A DNA stretch of 63,214 nt, filler included, from Octopus bimaculoides (Eukaryota): NCBI RefSeq assembly GCF_001194135.2. It is 5 parts of 4 records of this genome, joined end to end, with 100 filler letters (N's around TTAATTAATTAA, not from the genome) between each part and the next. Parts side by side here need not be neighbours in the genome. Positions count along the whole stretch, not along the records: positions 1 to 24,415 come from NC_068985.1; 4 more parts are not named here. The stretch is one strand, 5' to 3'. The notes below the pieces were generated by a model that saw nothing but the letters and a program-made list of their open reading frames with translations, had not been told where the DNA came from and did not search any database. The position numbers were made by a program, and so were the translations under genes. Positions within the stretch are counted from its first letter, which is position 1. Each line of letters opens with the position of its first letter. Below are positions 1-12,521 of this stretch, piece after piece.

Positions 1-4
1 TATA

Positions 5-160
5 TACGACAGGCTTCTTTCAGTTTCCATCTACCAAATCCACTCACAAGGCTTTGGTCGGCCCAAAGCTATAGTAGAAGACACTTGCCCAAGGTGCCAC
101 ACAGTGGGACTGAACCAGGAACCATGTGGTTGGTAAGCAAGCTACTTACCACACAGCGCC
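5..160 (-). mobile_element. tRNA-derived SINE family A, 5' module
   Basis: Reverse complement reads GGCGCTGTGTGGTAAGTAGCTTGCTTACCAACCACATGGTTCCTGGTTCAGTCCCACTGTGTGGCACCTTGGGCAAGTGTCTT, with Pol III A/B-box-like motifs. Near-identical copies at 1075, 3885, 32725 and 50825. Confidence 0.85.
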
Positions 161-214
161 TATATATATATATATATAGTTTATTTGTTTTCCATCAAGT
201 TGAAACAATCTGTT

Positions 215-415
215 TTTATCTTTTATATCTTACTTGTTTCAGTCATTAAGACAGCTGCCATGCTGGGGCACTGCCTTGAAGAATTTTAGTGGAACAAACT
301 GACCCCTGTACTCATGTCTTTAAGGCCTGGTACTTATTCTATCAATCTCTAAAAACATACCAACACTGGTTGCCAAGTGGTGGTAGGGGACAAACACAGA
401 TACAAAGACACACTC
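215..415 (-). mobile_element. SINE family A, 3' module (follows the internal TG/TA microsatellite)
   Basis: Reverse strand GATAGAATAAGTACCAGG...CAGCATGGCAGC..AATGACTGAAACAAGTAA is homologous to 29210-29305. Confidence 0.65.
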
Positions 416-1074
416 GCATACATACATATGTGTGTGCGTAATATTATCTGAAGTGTACAGTATTACATATCTATCACGGCCGATCTTACCAGTCAGTTTT
501 GTGCTAGGGGTACAACAGAGTGTCAGATAACAACCAGATTATATAATCCTACACTCATTAGAGGTAGCTGATATGGAATGAAATATGGCAACTGCTATTA
601 TTGGAGGTGAATGTGTATATGCTAAGAGCCAACAATGGCTTAAGATCGATGGCTTAAAAGAGATGACCTAGTTCTATAATAATGTCATATTGACCAAATT
701 CCTTCCTTCCTTCTCTTTTTGGATTTGAAGAAGATAGCTTAGGGTAGTGGTTCTTTATATATTCAATAGACAGGACTGAACCATGAACATACCCAAATAC
801 ATGTGAAACAGCTGTAAGCTCATAATAAATAAATAAAGGCATATAATCCATTATTTTTGTCTATTTTATGCATCATTCAGGAAAAACATACCATTTTAAC
901 TTGGTAATGGAACCATGGATTTACTAATTTGTCTAGTGATGGACTTTGACTAGGGATTATCTGGAGTACAATATTAATCAGAGGTATTCTTTGTTAGCCT
1001 GGTGTACTTTCATCTACAGAGGAGCTTGAGTAGTTTGCCTAGATTACTTATCCTTTATTAATCTCTCTTTCACA

Positions 1075-1190
1075 TACACAAGGCTTTGGTTGGGCCGAGG
1101 CTGTAGTAGAAGACACTTGCCCAAGGTTTCATGCAGTGGGATTGAACTCAGAACTATGTGGATAGGAAGCTAACATCTTGCTATACAGCT
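1075..1190 (-). mobile_element. SINE family A, partial
   Basis: CACAAGGCTTTGGTTGGGCCGAGGCTGTAGTAGAAGACACTTGCCCAAGG matches 45-100. Confidence 0.8.
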
Positions 1191-1319
1191 TTGTCATTCT
1201 CTGTGATATTCGATTACCAAAGTTTAGCCAAATATATCGCTTTTGACACCAACCTGCTTGAAACTATGATACAAAGTTCCTCTTTCATTCCTTTCGGTAC
1301 CCTAATAAAAAAAACCTGT

Positions 1320-1480
1320 TTTAAGGTGATCTAAATTAAAACCATTCATCAAAATTTCATATTAATTTATATTCCAAATGCCAGTTGAATAATGACAAAG
1401 TTATTTCACTAAATTCATTATTTTCAAAATTAATTAGAACAAAAGCAGTGTATTTTAACAGAAATATATTAATAAAAAGG
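1320..1480 (-). mobile_element. Non-autonomous DNA element with TTAA/CCCTTT-type end (piggyBac-like MITE fragment)
   Basis: Homologous to 2251-2408, which ends AAAGGGTTAA, and to the tandem units at 18500-19180. Interrupted at its terminus by SINE B. Confidence 0.5.
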
Positions 1481-1834
1481 TGGAGGTGCAATGGCCCAGT
1501 GGTTAGGGCAGCGGACTCGCGGTCATAGGATCACAGTTTCAATTCCCAGACTGGGCGTTGTGAGTGTTTATTGACTGAAAACACCTAAAAGCTCCATGAG
1601 GCTCTGGCAGGGGATGTTGGCGAACCCTGCTGTACTCTTCCACCACAACTTTCTCTCACTCTTACTTCCTGTTTCTGTTGTGCCTGTAATTCAAAGGGTC
1701 AGCCTTGTCACACTGTGTCATGCTGAATATCCCCGAGAACTATGTTAAGGGTACACGTGTCTGTGGAGTGCTCAGCCACTTGCACGTTAATTTCACGAGC
1801 AGGCTGTTCCGTTGATCGGATCAACTAGAACCCT
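1481..1834 (+). mobile_element. tRNA(Arg)-derived SINE family B
   Basis: Head GGCCCAGTGGTTAGGGCAGCGGACTCGCGGTC (TCG anticodon-like loop) plus a ~350-bp body shared with six other copies in the window. It probably corresponds to a described octopus OR/OK-type SINE (name not verified). Confidence 0.9.
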
Positions 1835-2250
1835 NNNNNNNNNNNNNNNNNNNNNNNNNNNNNNNNNNNNNNNNNNNNNNNNNNNNNNNNNNNNNNNNNN
1901 NNNNNNNNNNNNNNNNNNNNNNNNNNNNNNNNNNNNNNNNNNNNNNNNNNNNNNNNNNNNNNNNNNNNNNNNNNNNNNNNNNNNNNNNNNNNNNNNNNNN
2001 NNNNNNNNNNNNNNNNNNNNNNNNNNNNNNNNNNNNNNNNNNNNNNNNNNNNNNNNNNNNNNNNNNNNNNNNNNNNNNNNNNNNNNNNNNNNNNNNNNNN
2101 NNNNNNNNNNNNNNNNNNNNNNNNNNNNNNNNNNNNNNNNNNNNNNNNNNNNNNNNNNNNNNNNNNNNNNNNNNNNNNNNNNNNNNNNNNNNNNNNNNNN
2201 NNNNNNNNNNNNNNNNNNNNNNNNNNNNNNNNNNNNNNNNNNNNNNNNNN

Positions 2251-2408
2251 NAATTATAAAACCTTCCCTCAAAATTTCATGTTAAATTATGCTCCAAACA
2301 CCAACTTAATAGTGACAAAGTTATTTCACTAAATTCTTCATCATTTTCAAAATGAATCGAAACAAAGGCAGCGTAATTTGACAGAAATATGAGAAGAAAA
2401 GGGTTAAA
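2251..2408 (-). mobile_element. piggyBac-like MITE fragment (same family as 1320-1480)
   Basis: Direct similarity to 1320-1480; ends in AAAGGGTTAA (reverse complement TTAACCCTTT). Confidence 0.5.
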
Positions 2409-3290
2409 TGCCTTGATGATGACTCTCACACACATAGAATTACTCAACAATAAAAACTCCGATCATGTGGAATTAAGACTGATTTAATTAGGTCAATCTG
2501 AAAACGGTGCTTTTCCAAGGCTATACTGAAAATTATCTTTCCACAATTTTTTCTTTTTTTTTCTACTTTGAAAAAATTAATTAATTAGAGATAAGATAGG
2601 AGGGAAAAAAATACACCAGATTTAGAACTTTACAAGTGTTTAATTCCTTGAAATAGAAAATTATATTTTTAATACACAAGAGGTTTTTGATATCGTTTAT
2701 TTGTAAATATAATGTGATATACTGACATCATTCTCAACTGATGAAAACAGGAAGCTTCTAGAATCGGTTTATTCACATCAAAATCATATGTTTAATTATA
2801 TGTTACACCTTGCCAAAATTTTTTTTTTTACTCACAATCCAAAGAAAAAAAAGGAAAAAAAGATGCAATTAACCGAAACTGAATACCTGCATATGCAATT
2901 AAGCAATCAATTTTTTACATGGGCTTGATGCTAAATAGTTCAGTGTTAAGCAATTCTATGTAATTATCCAGTATGCAATTAAATGACTGTGTGTGTGTGT
3001 GTGTGTGTGTGTGTATTAGAGGGTGGTACAGGGTATGGTTTCAGCATTTCATATACCAGGCATTCATTACTCTCAGCAGGGACAAACCCTTCATGTTTTA
3101 ATTACACACCTAATTGCATTAGCATCAGACTGAACCGAGACAGTGCAGAAGATAAAGCCTAAAGATATATATGTATGTGTATATTTGTATGTATAGATAT
3201 ATGTGAGTGTTTGTTTGTATGTATGTCTCTCTCTCTCTACCTGTATATTATGTATATATATATATATATAAATAAATATATAAATATATA

Positions 3291-3304
3291 GTTGCCATGA
3301 CAAC
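3291..3304. promoter_or_regulatory. Putative RFX X-box
   Basis: GTTGCCATGACAAC, one mismatch from the palindromic X-box GTTGCCATGGCAAC. A chance occurrence is not excluded. Confidence 0.2.
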
Positions 3305-3449
3305 AAATAGCTGCAATGAGATGCATTTTTTTCCATTAAGTGAGCATCACATGTGCATGGAATGGCAGTTTGAGATTCTATAATTCCCTTATGGACAGGG
3401 GATATATACCACTGGTGTGTGTGTGTGTGTGTGTGTGTATGTATATCTA

Positions 3450-3517
<68 letters not shown>

Positions 3518-3842
3518 NNNNNNNNNNNNNNNNNNNNNNNNNNNNNNNNNNNNNNNNNNNNNNNNNNNNNNNNNNNNNNNNNNNNNNNNNNNNNNNNNNN
3601 NNNNNNNNNNNNNNNNNNNNNNNNNNNNNNNNNNNNNNNNNNNNNNNNNNNNNNNNNNNNNNNNNNNNNNNNNNNNNNNNNNNNNNNNNNNNNNNNNNNN
3701 NNNNNNNNNNNNNNNNNNNNNNNNNNNNNNNNNNNNNNNNNNNNNNNNNNNNNNNNNNNNNNNNNNNNNNNNNNNNNNNNNNNNNNNNNNNNNNNNNNNN
3801 NNNNNNNNNNNNNNNNNNNNNNNNNNNNNNNNNNNNNNNNNN

Positions 3843-3884
<42 letters not shown>

Positions 3885-3885
<1 letters not shown>

Positions 3886-4045
3886 CGAGCTTCTTTCATT
3901 TTCCGCCTACCAAATCCATTCACAAGGCTTTGGTTGTCGGCCCGAGGCTATAGTAGAAGACACTTGCCCAAGGTGCCACGCAGTGGGAATGAAACCCAGA
4001 ACCATGTGGTTGGTAAGCAAGCTACTTACCACACAGCCACTCCTG
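3885..4045 (-). mobile_element. SINE family A, 5' module
   Basis: Near-identical to 5-160. Confidence 0.9.
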
Positions 4046-4619
4046 TGCCTGTTTGTATTTATGTATATATATTGGGGTTATGGGGCTGTTAAAACGAATA
4101 GGTGGAGATGTTAATTATGAATATGCCCCACCACCACCTCACACACACGGGCATATGTGTAAATACACATACACACTTATATTACGTACATATATATACC
4201 TAATTCACATTCATATACATTGATGATGCAAGCAAATACGCACATGATATATAGCACACATATACAAGAGTCTGTTTGTATATACATGTGTGTGTGTGTG
4301 TTTGGAGAGAGAGAGAGAGAGAGAGAGGTGGGGACTTGACATGATGCAATGGAAAATGAAATAAAGAGAGGAGACAGATAAAAAGTTAAAGAGAAAGAGA
4401 TGGGGGGGGATAAAGACAAGAGAGAGGGAGAAGAAAAAAATAGAAAGTAGAGAAAAGATGGTGAGAGAGAGAGGGAGAGAGGGAGAGGGAGAGGGAGAGA
4501 ATGGTAGGTAGGTAAAGCGATAATATATGAAGTGTTATGTCATCAGAGTGGTAATATATAACATATTAATGATTACACATACAGAGATCTAACCACACTT
4601 ATACATACAGCTATGCATG

Positions 4620-4896
4620 GACCTAGAAACACACACACTTACACACACAACCATGTACAGACTTAACTACATACACACACAAAATAAAATATATACATAC
4701 ACACACAATCTTATCTAGACCCAGACACACATACAACCATATACAGGCATATACACATATACAACCGTATACAGACATACACATATCTGTATACAACCAT
4801 ATACAGATCTGTCCATACACGCATAGAACCACATTCAAACCTATACATACATACATATATGCATACAACCATATACAACTGTATACAAATATATAT

Positions 4897-4945
<49 letters not shown>

Positions 4946-5230
4946 CACACACACACACGCACACACATAAGCATACAACCATATACAGATTCCTGCATTC
5001 ACACATACACATACAACCATATAGGGACACACATATACAACCGTATACAGACATACACATATCTGCATACAACCATATATACATCTGTCCATACACACAT
5101 ACAACCACATTCAAACCTATACACACATATACGCATACAACTATATACAGATCTGTGCATTCACACGTACAGCCACATACAAACCTATACGCACATATAC
5201 ACATACAACCATATATAGACCTAGAAACAT
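4620..5230. repeat. Degenerate CATATACAAC-rich minisatellite with a higher-order duplication
   Basis: Recurring ACAACCATATACAG motif. Block 4725-4860 is duplicated near 5025-5160. Confidence 0.7.
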
Positions 5231-5357
5231 GCACACAACCTTGTAGAGACCTCCCCTACCTCTGCCACAATCTCCATATACATTCAAGTCAAAACAAAAT
5301 CTTAAACAATGGAAATGCTAGCCTTAAATGTTTAATTGGTTGATGTGTGTATATGTA

Positions 5358-5409
<52 letters not shown>

Positions 5410-5641
5410 CATACACACACACACACATACAAGTGTGTATCTGTGTATATTTATCAATATGTATGTATGTCTAACTATATTATACATCATTGTAAATAGA
5501 GCAGGTGTGTGTATGAATCTGAATGTTTATGTAGTTGTGTATATGTATGTATATATCTTCCAATCTGTGCGTATGTCTAGTTATAATACATTATACCTCA
5601 CTGCATATAAAGCATGTGTGAGTGTGTGTGTGTGTGAGAGG

Positions 5642-5684
<43 letters not shown>

Positions 5685-5740
5685 NNNNNNNNNNNNNNNN
5701 NNNNNNNNNNNNNNNNNNNNNNNNNNNNNNNNNNNNNNNN

Positions 5741-5783
<43 letters not shown>

Positions 5784-6101
5784 AGAGAGAGAGAATGTGT
5801 TTATATACTTGTGTATGTGTGAGTATATATATCTTTCAGTCTGTGCATAAATCTAGCCAGAAGACATTATACATCACTGCAAATAAAGCTCAAGTGTGTG
5901 TGAGTGTGTGTATGTATGAGCCTGTGTGTTTATACAGTTGTGTATATGAGTGTGTATATACACCTATCAATTTGTATGAATGTCTAGCTACAACACAGAA
6001 CACAGCATAAGGCAAGTGTGTGTGTGTGTGTGTGTGTGTGAGTTTGTGTTTATATAGTTGTGTGTGTGTGTATATATATATCTGTGTATATATCTAGTTG
6101 C

Positions 6102-6155
<54 letters not shown>

Positions 6156-7940
6156 AAACCATGCAAATTGTGTGTGTATGTGCTTCAAAATAAAAAAAAA
6201 ATCATTTATATGTAGACACACACACTACAACACATACCGTAACACGTAATACACCTCATGTAATATACTACAGCACATGCCAGAAAAACCACATAACTCT
6301 CTACATCAAACACAACTGAACTACACACCTGTACTATATAACAACAAAACACAGCTAATACTACAACACATACAACAAAACTGCAGCAACATGTACTATG
6401 CAATGCACAACTATGTTACAATATACACGTGCAGTACAGTAGAACACCGCAATACTATAACACATATACACACTATGGTAGTACACATACATGATACAGT
6501 AGAACAGTTGTACTACAACACACACACACAAACACTAAGATAATATACTGCTATACTACAACACATAATATAGAAGAGCACAGTTGTACTNNNNNNNNNN
6601 NNNNNNNNNNNNNNNNNNNNNNNNNNNNNNNNNNNNNNNNNNNNNNNNNNNNNNNNNNNNNNNNNNNNNNNNNNNNNNNNNNNNNNNNNNNNNNNNNNNN
6701 NNNNNNNNNNNNNNNNNNNNNNNNNNNNNNNNNNNNNNNNNNNNNNNNNNNNNNNNNNNNNNNNNNNNNNNNNNNNNNNNNNNNNNNNNNNNNNNNNNNN
6801 NNNNNNNNNNNNNNNNNNNNNNNNNNNNNNNNNNNNNNNNNNNNNNNNNNNNNNNNNNNNNNNNNNNNNNNNNNNNNNNNNNNNNNNNNNNNNNNNNNNN
6901 NNNNNNNNNNNNNNNNNNNNNNNNNNNNNNNNNNNNNNNNNNNNNNNNNNNNNNNNNNNNNNNNNNNNNNNNNNNNNNNNNNNNNNNNNNNNNNNNNNNN
7001 NNNNNNNNNNNNNNNNNNNNNNNNNNNNNNNNNNNNNNNNNNNNNNNNNNNNNNNNNNNNNNNNNNNNNNNNNNNNNNNNNNNNNNNNNNNNNNNNNNNN
7101 NNNNNNNNNNNNNNNNNNNNNNNNNNNNNNNNNNNNNNNNNNNNNNNNNNNNNNNNNNNNNNNNNNNNNNNNNNNNNNNNNNNNNNNNNNNNNNNNNNNN
7201 NNNNNNNNNNNNNNNNNNNNNNNNNNNNNNNNNNNNNNNNNNNNNNNNNNNNNNNNNNNNNNNNNNNNNNNNNNNNNNNNNNNNNNNNNNNNNNNNNNNN
7301 NNNNNNNNNNNNNNNNNNNNNNNNNNNNNNNNNNNNNNNNNNNNNNNNNNNNNNNNNNNNNNNNNNNNNNAGTAGAACACAGCTTTATAACAATACACAC
7401 ACACACACACAAACACAGTTTTAATACAAACATACATACCACATGACATAGCTAGAATACAACAAACACACACAGAGAACACAGCTATACTACAACATAC
7501 ACTACAGCAGTTGGCCAGGAGGAGCTGATGACAGAGCAGCAATGTCAGAATATACATTAGTTCTTCTGCAACTGTAATTGTCCTTAGATGGTAGTGGGTG
7601 GTGGGTGGAGAAGGTGATGGTGTTGGTGTTGGTGTTGGTGGTTTGAGGCGGGGAGGAAGGAGATGGTGGAGGTTGAAGGGAGGGGGGAATGATGAAGAAG
7701 ATGAAGGGGGAGGAGGAGTGAAGAAGAAGAAGAGAGAAACGGAAAATGAGGCACCACACCTCGTCACTCCAATACTACTACTACTATTACTACTACTACT
7801 AAAGATAATGATAATAATAATAATAATTGCTCTCCTCCTCATTCTCGGTCCTCTTCAGCTTGTTGTCACCGTCGTTATTGTCATATACAAATGGCTGATA
7901 TTAAATTTCTAGAAGCTAAATAGGAATTATTCAACCACAG

Positions 7941-7995
7941 CATCTGATATGTCAAGGACAAAAATTAACTGAAGCATACATCGATAGGTCAAAAG
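7941..7995 (+). CDS. Candidate internal exon (HLICQGQKLTEAYIDRSK), unknown gene
   Basis: CACAG acceptor, strong AAG|GTGAGT donor, one open frame. No homology recognised. Confidence 0.2.
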
Positions 7996-8019
7996 GTGAG
8001 TGTGGGTGGGTGCAGAACA

Positions 8020-8900
8020 GGGTTTATTATACAGTTTGCCTCTATCTACAGCTGTTGAAGCACAATGACAAAGGACAAAGCACGGTTTCTTATCATTAAT
8101 TCAGTATATTTTTTCCCCCCTCATTCACAGTATTGGAGTAAGGATTAGGAGCAAAACAGGGTTAACTGTACAGTTTGCCCATCTACAAAACTGAAGTATG
8201 CACCAGGGGTATGCCACAGTTAATTTTATAGTTTGCCCATCTACAAAACTAAGATAAGTGCCATGGGTATGTCAGAGTTAACTTTATTGCAAAACTGAGG
8301 TAAGTACTAGGGGTATGTCAGAGTTAACCGTACAGTTTTCCCAACTACAAAACTGAGGTCAGTACCAGGTGTATGCCACAGTTAACTGTACAGTTTGCCC
8401 ATCTATAGCTGTGGAAGTAATAACAAGTGATGTGCTAGGGTTAATTAGGGTTACCTGGTTATTTTTTCCCCATTTGTAGCAGTTGAAGTAATATTAGGGC
8501 TAACTGTATAGTTTGCCCATCTATATCTAAGTAATGGTAAGTATACAGCAGTGTTATTGGTACATCCCACCCCCATCGATTCGAAATATTGGGGTAAGAA
8601 CTAGGAATGTGACAGGGTTACATGTATAGTTTACCCATCTACAATACTGAGGTCAGTAATAGAATCATATCAGAATTAGTTTGCCCATTCATAACTGTTC
8701 AAGTAAAGGAAAATGATGTATTGAGGTTACCCTATTAGTCTGCCCATCTGTAGCAGTTGTAATGTCAGGGTTAACTGTACAAAGATATAGAGTAAAGCCC
8801 AAAAAATTTCCCAACAACAACACTATATTGAAAGACAGCAAAAGCCATAGAATCATGGTGTGGAAGCTAAGATTTTGCCCATCCGCAACAGTTGAATTAA
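8020..8900. repeat. Degenerate ~58-bp minisatellite
   Basis: GGTTAACTGTACAGTTTGCCCATCTACAAAACTGA core recurs more than ten times. Units at 8160-8400 are the best conserved. Confidence 0.8.
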
Positions 8901-9489
8901 GAACAAAGAACTAATATGTATTTATATATATAAAAAAACAACAACAACAATAAAAAACAAAACAAAAACCCTTAATCATAAACAAGATACCAAAAGCTCA
9001 TTATACTTCAAAGAGACCAACAAGAGTGGCGCCTAATATAAATATGCGAGAAACTTAATCAACGCTGAGGGTTGTTGCTGCTGTCACAGATGTTAGAAAT
9101 GCAACATTGCTACTAGATTGAAAATACTGCAACTACATGTATGCATACATCTGCCATATGTGCGAATGAGAGTGTGCACACTTTGTTTTCGATAGACCCA
9201 TCTGCTTTACAGATGTGTGTCAGACCAATGAGGGAGTCTCTATCTGTGTCAGGGGTGGAGCAAACATTTTTTTTTTTTTAGTGTCAGGGGACAAATTATA
9301 AGTGCCTAAGAAAGGCCATTTGTGGCACATCTGTGCTGCTGAGAAAAATAGAAAGAAAATTGTAAATTTTGTAAATGCAAAGACATGCCACATATTAAAA
9401 TTACATTTGAGAATTTAGAAGGGTTGCTAATGAGCATAATTTCCATTGCAAGCAAAGGGGCTCCCCCCAACACCACCACTCAACTTAGT

Positions 9490-9685
9490 TCTATGTGGTC
9501 ACTTGACCTGCTAGAAACAACAGCCAAACGACCCTCAAATCATGTTCTATGGCCTTCGCAAAAAGATGGACATGTTGCATAAAGCAATCCTCAGTACAGA
9601 ACCCCCCCCCCCGAAATAATCACAAATGGAATGTTGCTGATGATAGCTCTACTTGATCATTGCTCACCGAGGGCTAAACAACATG
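9490..9685 (+). mobile_element. Interspersed repeat family H (SINE-like 3' tail)
   Basis: CTATGTGGTCACTTGACCTGCTAGAAACAACAGCCAAA...GGGCTAAACAACA; related to 11210, 11785 and (reverse strand) 17205. Confidence 0.55.
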
Positions 9686-9994
9686 TGTCTACATTTCCCA
9701 ACATGTCTTTGCTTGTGACAGTGTGTATATATGTACCAGTCAACATTATATAATAATAATAATGATGATGATGATGATGATGATAATCCTTTCTACTATA
9801 GGCACAAGACCTGAAATTTTGGGAGAGGAGGAGGCAGTCGATTAGGTCGACCTCAGTACGCAACTGGTACTTAATTTATCGACCCTGAAAGGATGAAAGG
9901 CAAAAGTTGACATCAGCAGAATTTGAATTCAGAATGTAAATACTGCTCAGTAATTTGCCCGGTGTACTAACGGTTCAGCTAGCACGCTGCCTTG

Positions 9995-10045
<51 letters not shown>

Positions 10046-10668
10046 TGGTTTCAAATTTTGGCACAAGGCTAGTAATTTTAGGAGAGGGGTAAGGTGATTA
10101 TACTGACTCACAGTACTCGACTGGTACTCATTTTATCAAACCCCCAAAAGGTAAAATGCAAAGTCAATCCTGGTGAGATTTGAACTAAGAATGTAATGAG
10201 GTAAAAGAAATGACACTAAGTATTTGGCCCAGCTTGCAGCCACAGCAATAATAATAATAATCCTTTCTACTATAGGCAAATGGCCTGAAATTTAGGGGCA
10301 GGGCGCAGTCGATTAGATTGACCCCAGTGTGCAACTGGTACTTAATTTATCGACCCTGAAAGGATGAAAGGCAAAGTCGACCTCAGCGGAATTTTAATTC
10401 AGAACGTAAAGACAGCCAAAGTACCGCTAAGCATTTTGCCTGGCGTGCTAACAATTCTGCTAGCTCATTACCTTAATAATAATAAAAATAATAATAATCC
10501 TTTCTACTGAAGGCAAAAAGCCTGAAATTTCAGGCAAAGGGGTAAGTCACTTACATCAACCCTAGGCCACAACTGGTACTTATTTTATTGACCTCGGCAG
10601 AATTTGAACTCAGAAATGCTGCTAAGCATTTTGCTTGGTGTACTAATGATTCTGCTAGTTCACTACCT

Positions 10669-10707
<39 letters not shown>

Positions 10708-10730
10708 GAAATAATAATTTCTTATGTCAA

Positions 10731-10983
10731 GAGAAAAAGATTGCATGATAGCAAGACTGAAAGGTCTAAAGACAGACACTTTTCTCTCGGGCCAGAACCT
10801 CATCAACATTTGGAGAAGGAAATGGGAGAAGAGGGTGACGGCAGAGAAGAGGGTGATGGCAAAGAGAGTGACAGCGGAGAGGAAGGCACTGCCCAAGTGA
10901 TTTCTGAATGTTTACACAAGGCCAGACACTTCGTGGGGAGGAGCAAGCAGAGGAAAATTTTAATAGACCTACAATGCTATTGA
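10731..10983 (+). CDS. Candidate acidic low-complexity coding segment (RKRLHDSK...EEGDGREEGDGKESDSGEEG...)
   Basis: Purine-rich, non-repeat island inside the SINE array. The 18-bp internal repeat varies synonymously or conservatively in this frame. Splice signals are weak. Confidence 0.2.
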
Positions 10984-11209
10984 TATCAATTCTATCATCC
11001 ACAGTCAAAGCATTGGCAAAATCATGCCAAGGCAGGATTTGAACTTGAAATGTAGATGCAACAAACACAATTAGGTATATTTAGAACAAAACACAACAAA
11101 CCATGATTTCCATTAAACATATGACACAAATTTCAAAAGAGGGTTACAGTTGATTATGTTACACCCCAAGTAGACCACTGGTACTTTGTAAATGAGTTAA
11201 TGAAGGAGT

Positions 11210-11370
11210 CACTACATGATTGATCAACCTGAAGGAAATAACAGCCAAATCTCCCTAAAGTTGTTAAAGAAAGAAAGACTGCTTAAGACAATATTCAGGA
11301 TGGTCATGACTGGAAGAGCTCTGATCATATTGTCTTCCCAAATAGGGCCAGCCTGGGATTAAACAACAGC
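11210..11370 (+). mobile_element. Repeat family H, diverged
   Basis: GAAATAACAGCCAAATCTCCCT...GGATGGTCATGACTGG..CTGATCATA..GGGATTAAACAACAGC. Confidence 0.5.
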
Positions 11371-11926
11371 TATTATTTTATTGATTACTGAAAGAATGAA
11401 AGGTTAAAATTGTTTTTGTGGAGGGCAGAATTTGAACACAAAATGTAAGAATATCAGCTAAACATTGCCAAGCGCTTTATCTCATGCTCTAATGATTCTA
11501 TTTATCTAATAGTGGTTTCTATTTTGGCACAAGGCCAAAAATTTGATCGGGTTGGTAAAATTCATTTACATCGACCCCGGAGCTCCATCACAAAAGGGTG
11601 AAAGGCAAAGTCAACCTCAGCAGAATTTGAACTCAACCCCGAAAGGATGAAGGGTAAAGTTGACCTGGAGACAGAATTTGAACTCAGAACATGAAGACAG
11701 ACAAAATACCATGAAGCATTTTACCTGGCATGCTTAAAGATTCTGCCAGCTTGCTACCTTAATAATGATGATGATGATGATGATGATTTGGGAAAGGCTT
11801 ACATGGTCATTTGTTACACTAAAAACTCATACTCCACTGTCCTACAAAAAGGTTATATTGGGGTTGATCAAAACAGAAACACCATATATTTATAGGTCTG
11901 CTTAATCAAGGCCAGATTGGGCCTAA

Positions 11927-11963
<37 letters not shown>

Positions 11964-12037
11964 ATAATAATAATAATTATTATTATTATTATTATTTATT
12001 CTTTTATCAGCCACAAGGACTCGCAGTAACATTAAAC

Positions 12038-12078
<41 letters not shown>

Positions 12079-12466
12079 GTTTCAAATTTTGGCACAAAGC
12101 CAGCAATTTGGTGGGAGGGAGCTAGTCACATCAACCTCAGTGTTCGACTGCTTTTTATTTTATAGACCCTGAAAGGATGAAAGGCAAAGTTGACCTGAGC
12201 AGAGTTTGAACTCAGAACGTAAAGGTGGGCGAAATGCTGCCAAGCATTTAACGATTCTACCAGCTTGCCACCGTAATAATAATAATAATAATAATTATTA
12301 TTATTATTATTATTCCTTCTTATTTAGGTACAAGGCCAGTACATTTTGAGGGGAGGGTTGGGTAAATTGACAACATTTGCCTCAGGTATTTTATTTTATC
12401 AACCCCGAAAGGATGAAAGGGGGCAGCTGACACCAATGCTTAAACAATTCTGCCACCTATTCACCC

Positions 12467-12521
<55 letters not shown>

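Noticed and set aside
654-851. 65-aa minus-strand ORF / exon (AVSHVFGYVHGSVLSIEY...)
   Set aside because: Plausible acceptor but no recognisable homology or convincing donor; indistinguishable from chance.
1481-1560. tRNA-Arg gene
   Set aside because: The tRNA-like head continues into a ~350-bp SINE body present in seven copies and lacks a proper acceptor stem and terminator.
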